DNA of 64,000 nucleotides from Methanothrix sp. (GTDB lineage: Archaea; Halobacteriota; Methanosarcinia; Methanotrichales; Methanotrichaceae): assembly GCA_963682135.1 (NCBI GenBank), contig OY821645.1, positions 768,001-832,000 on the forward strand. Direction: 5' to 3'. Below, piece by piece: positions 61,381-64,000 of this stretch. A program made the position numbers and the translations under genes. A model generated the notes under the pieces. The model did no database searches. It saw only the letters and a list, made by a program, of their open reading frames with translations, and had not been told where the DNA came from. The number at the start of each line of letters is the position of its first letter. Position 1 is the stretch's first letter.

Positions 61381-61396
61381 CATATATAACCTTTTT
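61381..61396 (-). promoter_or_regulatory. Putative rRNA operon promoter (BRE + TATA); second candidate TTAAATA near 61230
   Basis: - strand aaaaaggttatatatg. Confidence 0.5.
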
Positions 61397-61493
61397 GCTC
61401 TATCAACTCATACCATCGTTTAGTTTTAATATGATCGTAATCAAGAAACCAGGATTAATAATTCAGGATAAACACGCCTGCTGGAGGTCTTTT

Positions 61494-63452
61494 ATGGGTT
61501 ATACGTTAACTGAGAAAATCCTGAGGCAACACCTCGCGGATGGCTTCTACGAGCCTGGCAAAGAGATCGGCATAAAGATAGACCAAACCCTTACCCAGGA
61601 CGCAACGGGCACCATGGCCTATCTCCAATTTGAGTCCATGAAGCTCTCGGATATTGCTACTGAGCTTTCCGTCAGCTATGTCGATCACAACACCATACAG
61701 GTAGGATTCGAAAACGCAGACGATCACGCCTACCTGGAGTCCATCGCGAAGAAGTATGGCATTTACTTCTCCCGACCAGGAAACGGCATTTGCCATCAAG
61801 TCCACCTGGAGAGATTTGCCAGACCCGGCAAGACCCTGCTGGGGTCCGATAGCCACACACCCACTGCCGGCGGAGTTGGCTCCCTGGCCATGGGTGCCGG
61901 AGGACTTGATGTTGCGGTTGCCATGGGCGGCGGAGCATACTACCTTATCGCTCCACGCGTCATAAATATCCACCTCACAGGCCGACTGCAGCCTTGGGCC
62001 ACAGCCAAAGACGTTGTACTGAAAGTACTCTCCATCCTGAGCACAAAAGGAAATGTCGGCTGCGTCTGCGAATATACCGGAGAAGGCATTGCAGCGCTAA
62101 CGGTACCGGAGAGAGCCACAATCACCAATATGGGCGCCGAGACCGGTGTTACCACATCCATCTTCCCCAGCGACGAGCAGACAAAGAGATTCCTGCAAGC
62201 GCAGGGAAGGGAGGAGCAGTGGATAGCTCTGGCAGCCGATAACGATGCAATCTATGATCGCACTCTGGAGATAGACCTATCAGAGATTGAGCCGCTTGCA
62301 TCTGCACCTCACAGCCCGGGTAACATCGCCAGGATCAAAGATATCGATCTGCCCGTAGACCAGGTTATGATCGGCTCATGCACCAACTCCTCCTATGTGG
62401 ATCTCACGACCGTGGCAGCAATGCTGAAAGACAAACACCTTCCGGCAGGAGTTTCATTAGGTATTGCCCCAGGATCGCGACAGGTGCTGAGCCAGATCGC
62501 CAGGAACGGTGCCCTAAGCGACTTGATAGCATTCGGAGCCAGAATCCTGGAGTCTTCCTGCGGCTTTTGTATCGGCAACAGCATGTCACCATGCACGAAC
62601 TCCGTTTCTGTGCGCACCAGCAACCGTAATTTCAAAGGTAGATCCGGCACACCCAGCGCAAACGTCTACCTGACAAGCCCATTGGTCGCCGCCGCCTCAG
62701 CTATCACCGGCAGGCTGGCAGACCCGAGAGAACTGGGAATGAACTTTCCTAGAATAGACATGCCTGTGCATTTTGAGATCGATGACAGTATGATTATCCC
62801 GCCCCTATCGACTGCAGAGCGTGCAAAAATAAAAATATGCAGAGGCCCAAATATCGGAGAGCCTCCCATCAACGGACCTATGCCGGATGATATCTCAGGA
62901 CAGGTAACCATAAGGGTGGAAGATCTGGTGACTACCGACCATATCATGCCTGCCGGATCACGCTTAAAATACAGGTCTAATGTGCCCAAGTACTCCGAAT
63001 TCGTCTTTGAGCCGCTGGATAAAGAGTTCTGCCATCGGGCAATTGCCTTGCGCGATCAGGGCGCACATAACCTGATCGTAGCCGGTCTCAGCTACGGCCA
63101 GGGCTCCTCCCGGGAACACGCTGCTCTTTGCCCCATGTACCTGGGCGTAAAAGGTGTGATAGCCAAATCCATCGAGAGGATACATGCAGCCAACCTGGTG
63201 AATTTCGGCATACTGCCCTTAAGCTTCGCCCAGGAATCGGATTGGCAAAGCCTTCCGGAAAAGACAGAAGTCCGAATACCAGGCATTCGTAAGGCACTGG
63301 AGAGCGGCAAAGAAAATATCATAGCCTTTGCCGGAAATAAGCAGATCACCCTGAATATGAACCTCTCCAAGAGGCAAAGAGACATACTGTTAGCAGGGGG
63401 ATTGTTACCGTTCACCGTACAGGAACGCAATGGAGCAAAAAAAGAAAAATAG
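61494..63452 (+). CDS. Aconitate hydratase
   Basis: TQDATGT, YVDHN, GNGICHQ, GSDSHT, IGSCTN, CGFCIG, NRNF.GR, TTDHI.PAG, YGQGSSREHA; start set at MGYTLTEK. Confidence 0.95.
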   Translation: MGYTLTEKILRQHLADGFYEPGKEIGIKIDQTLTQDATGTMAYLQFESMKLSDIATELSVSYVDHNTIQVGFENADDHAYLESIAKKYGIYFSRPGNGICHQVHLERFARPGKTLLGSDSHTPTAGGVGSLAMGAGGLDVAVAMGGGAYYLIAPRVINIHLTGRLQPWATAKDVVLKVLSILSTKGNVGCVCEYTGEGIAALTVPERATITNMGAETGVTTSIFPSDEQTKRFLQAQGREEQWIALAADNDAIYDRTLEIDLSEIEPLASAPHSPGNIARIKDIDLPVDQVMIGSCTNSSYVDLTTVAAMLKDKHLPAGVSLGIAPGSRQVLSQIARNGALSDLIAFGARILESSCGFCIGNSMSPCTNSVSVRTSNRNFKGRSGTPSANVYLTSPLVAAASAITGRLADPRELGMNFPRIDMPVHFEIDDSMIIPPLSTAERAKIKICRGPNIGEPPINGPMPDDISGQVTIRVEDLVTTDHIMPAGSRLKYRSNVPKYSEFVFEPLDKEFCHRAIALRDQGAHNLIVAGLSYGQGSSREHAALCPMYLGVKGVIAKSIERIHAANLVNFGILPLSFAQESDWQSLPEKTEVRIPGIRKALESGKENIIAFAGNKQITLNMNLSKRQRDILLAGGLLPFTVQERNGAKKEK

Positions 63453-63468
63453 ATCGTTTCTATCTTTT

Positions 63469-63960
63469 TTAGGTGTTAAAGAGAGTTAAGATATTTTGCG
63501 AGAGCATTTGTCCTTTTGCATCCTTGCTGGGCGTGCCTGTGCCATTAGATACAATTAAGCTTCCACTTGACACCGGATATGACCAGATCTGATTGATGCC
63601 GAACTGACTGTTGACATTTTTTGTCAGAAACTGGCTGTTTCTCTCTGTTGCTGTGAGAGTGGGAGCTGCGGCATTTGCGGCAAAGCTTGTGGCCTTGAAC
63701 TGCAGGGGTGTGTCAAACCTCAGAGGGAAGGTGTTCATCCAGATGTCCATGTTGGAAGACGAACTCTTGATGCTACTATTTTGCTGGTCGGCTATGTAAT
63801 TGCCCCAGTACGCCTGGACATTAGGTTCAAAAGTAGATGAGCTGGGTGCATTGAAGAATGCAAGCTGAGTGTTGCTGTAACCCTCACCCATGCCTATAAT
63901 CTGGGCGCCGGCTAGGCCCGAGAGACAGGTCAATGCTAGTAGTACTACAATTGTTTTCAT
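63469..63960 (-). CDS. Secreted hypothetical protein
   Basis: Signal peptide MKTIVVLLALTCLSGLAGA; Ser/Thr/Asn-rich. Confidence 0.75.
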   Translation of the reverse strand: MKTIVVLLALTCLSGLAGAQIIGMGEGYSNTQLAFFNAPSSSTFEPNVQAYWGNYIADQQNSSIKSSSSNMDIWMNTFPLRFDTPLQFKATSFAANAAAPTLTATERNSQFLTKNVNSQFGINQIWSYPVSSGSLIVSNGTGTPSKDAKGQMLSQNILTLFNT

Positions 63961-64000
63961 ATTAATACATCCTTTTTTATTCAGTTGATATCCTATCCTG

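Overview
64-kb window from an archaeal methanogen of the Methanothrix (Methanosaeta) lineage; the 16S gene contains the exact MX825 Methanosaetaceae probe sequence. Housekeeping content: M42 peptidase, a chorismate-lyase/RFAP-synthase fusion, class II HMG-CoA reductase, pheA, cbiK, Lhr helicase, panE, purA, an MptN/RimK-type ligase, a Liv-type ABC transporter, a geranylgeranyl-reductase-like gene, a 16S-tRNA(Ala)-23S-5S operon and aconitase. Accessory blocks: (i) an AbiEi/AbiEii island (8.4-11.7 kb); (ii) a type III-B (Cmr1-6) CRISPR effector operon with a Card1/Can2-type CARF nuclease and an intact Csx3/Crn3 ring nuclease, followed by several decayed csx3 copies interleaved with toxin-antitoxin pairs and ending in a type I-G csb2 remnant (26.3-37.7 kb); (iii) a TIR/NDT-like gene plus a 12 x 47-aa TPR array (48.9-51.8 kb); (iv) an IS630 element and a HicBA pair between GC-rich direct repeats (54-55.9 kb). 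The most striking observation lies just upstream of cmr1: a single CRISPR-like repeat (38125-38162, ending ATTGAAAC on the - strand) is followed by a ~36-nt spacer and a T-tract. The spacer is complementary (24/26 nt, mismatches at guide positions 12 and 24) to the mRNA of an unannotated 55-aa basic/hydrophobic ORF (37792-37959, -). This suggests a type III-guided, RNA-level CRISPR-regulated toxin-antitoxin or autoregulatory module. All calls are by manual motif recognition; no database searches were run.
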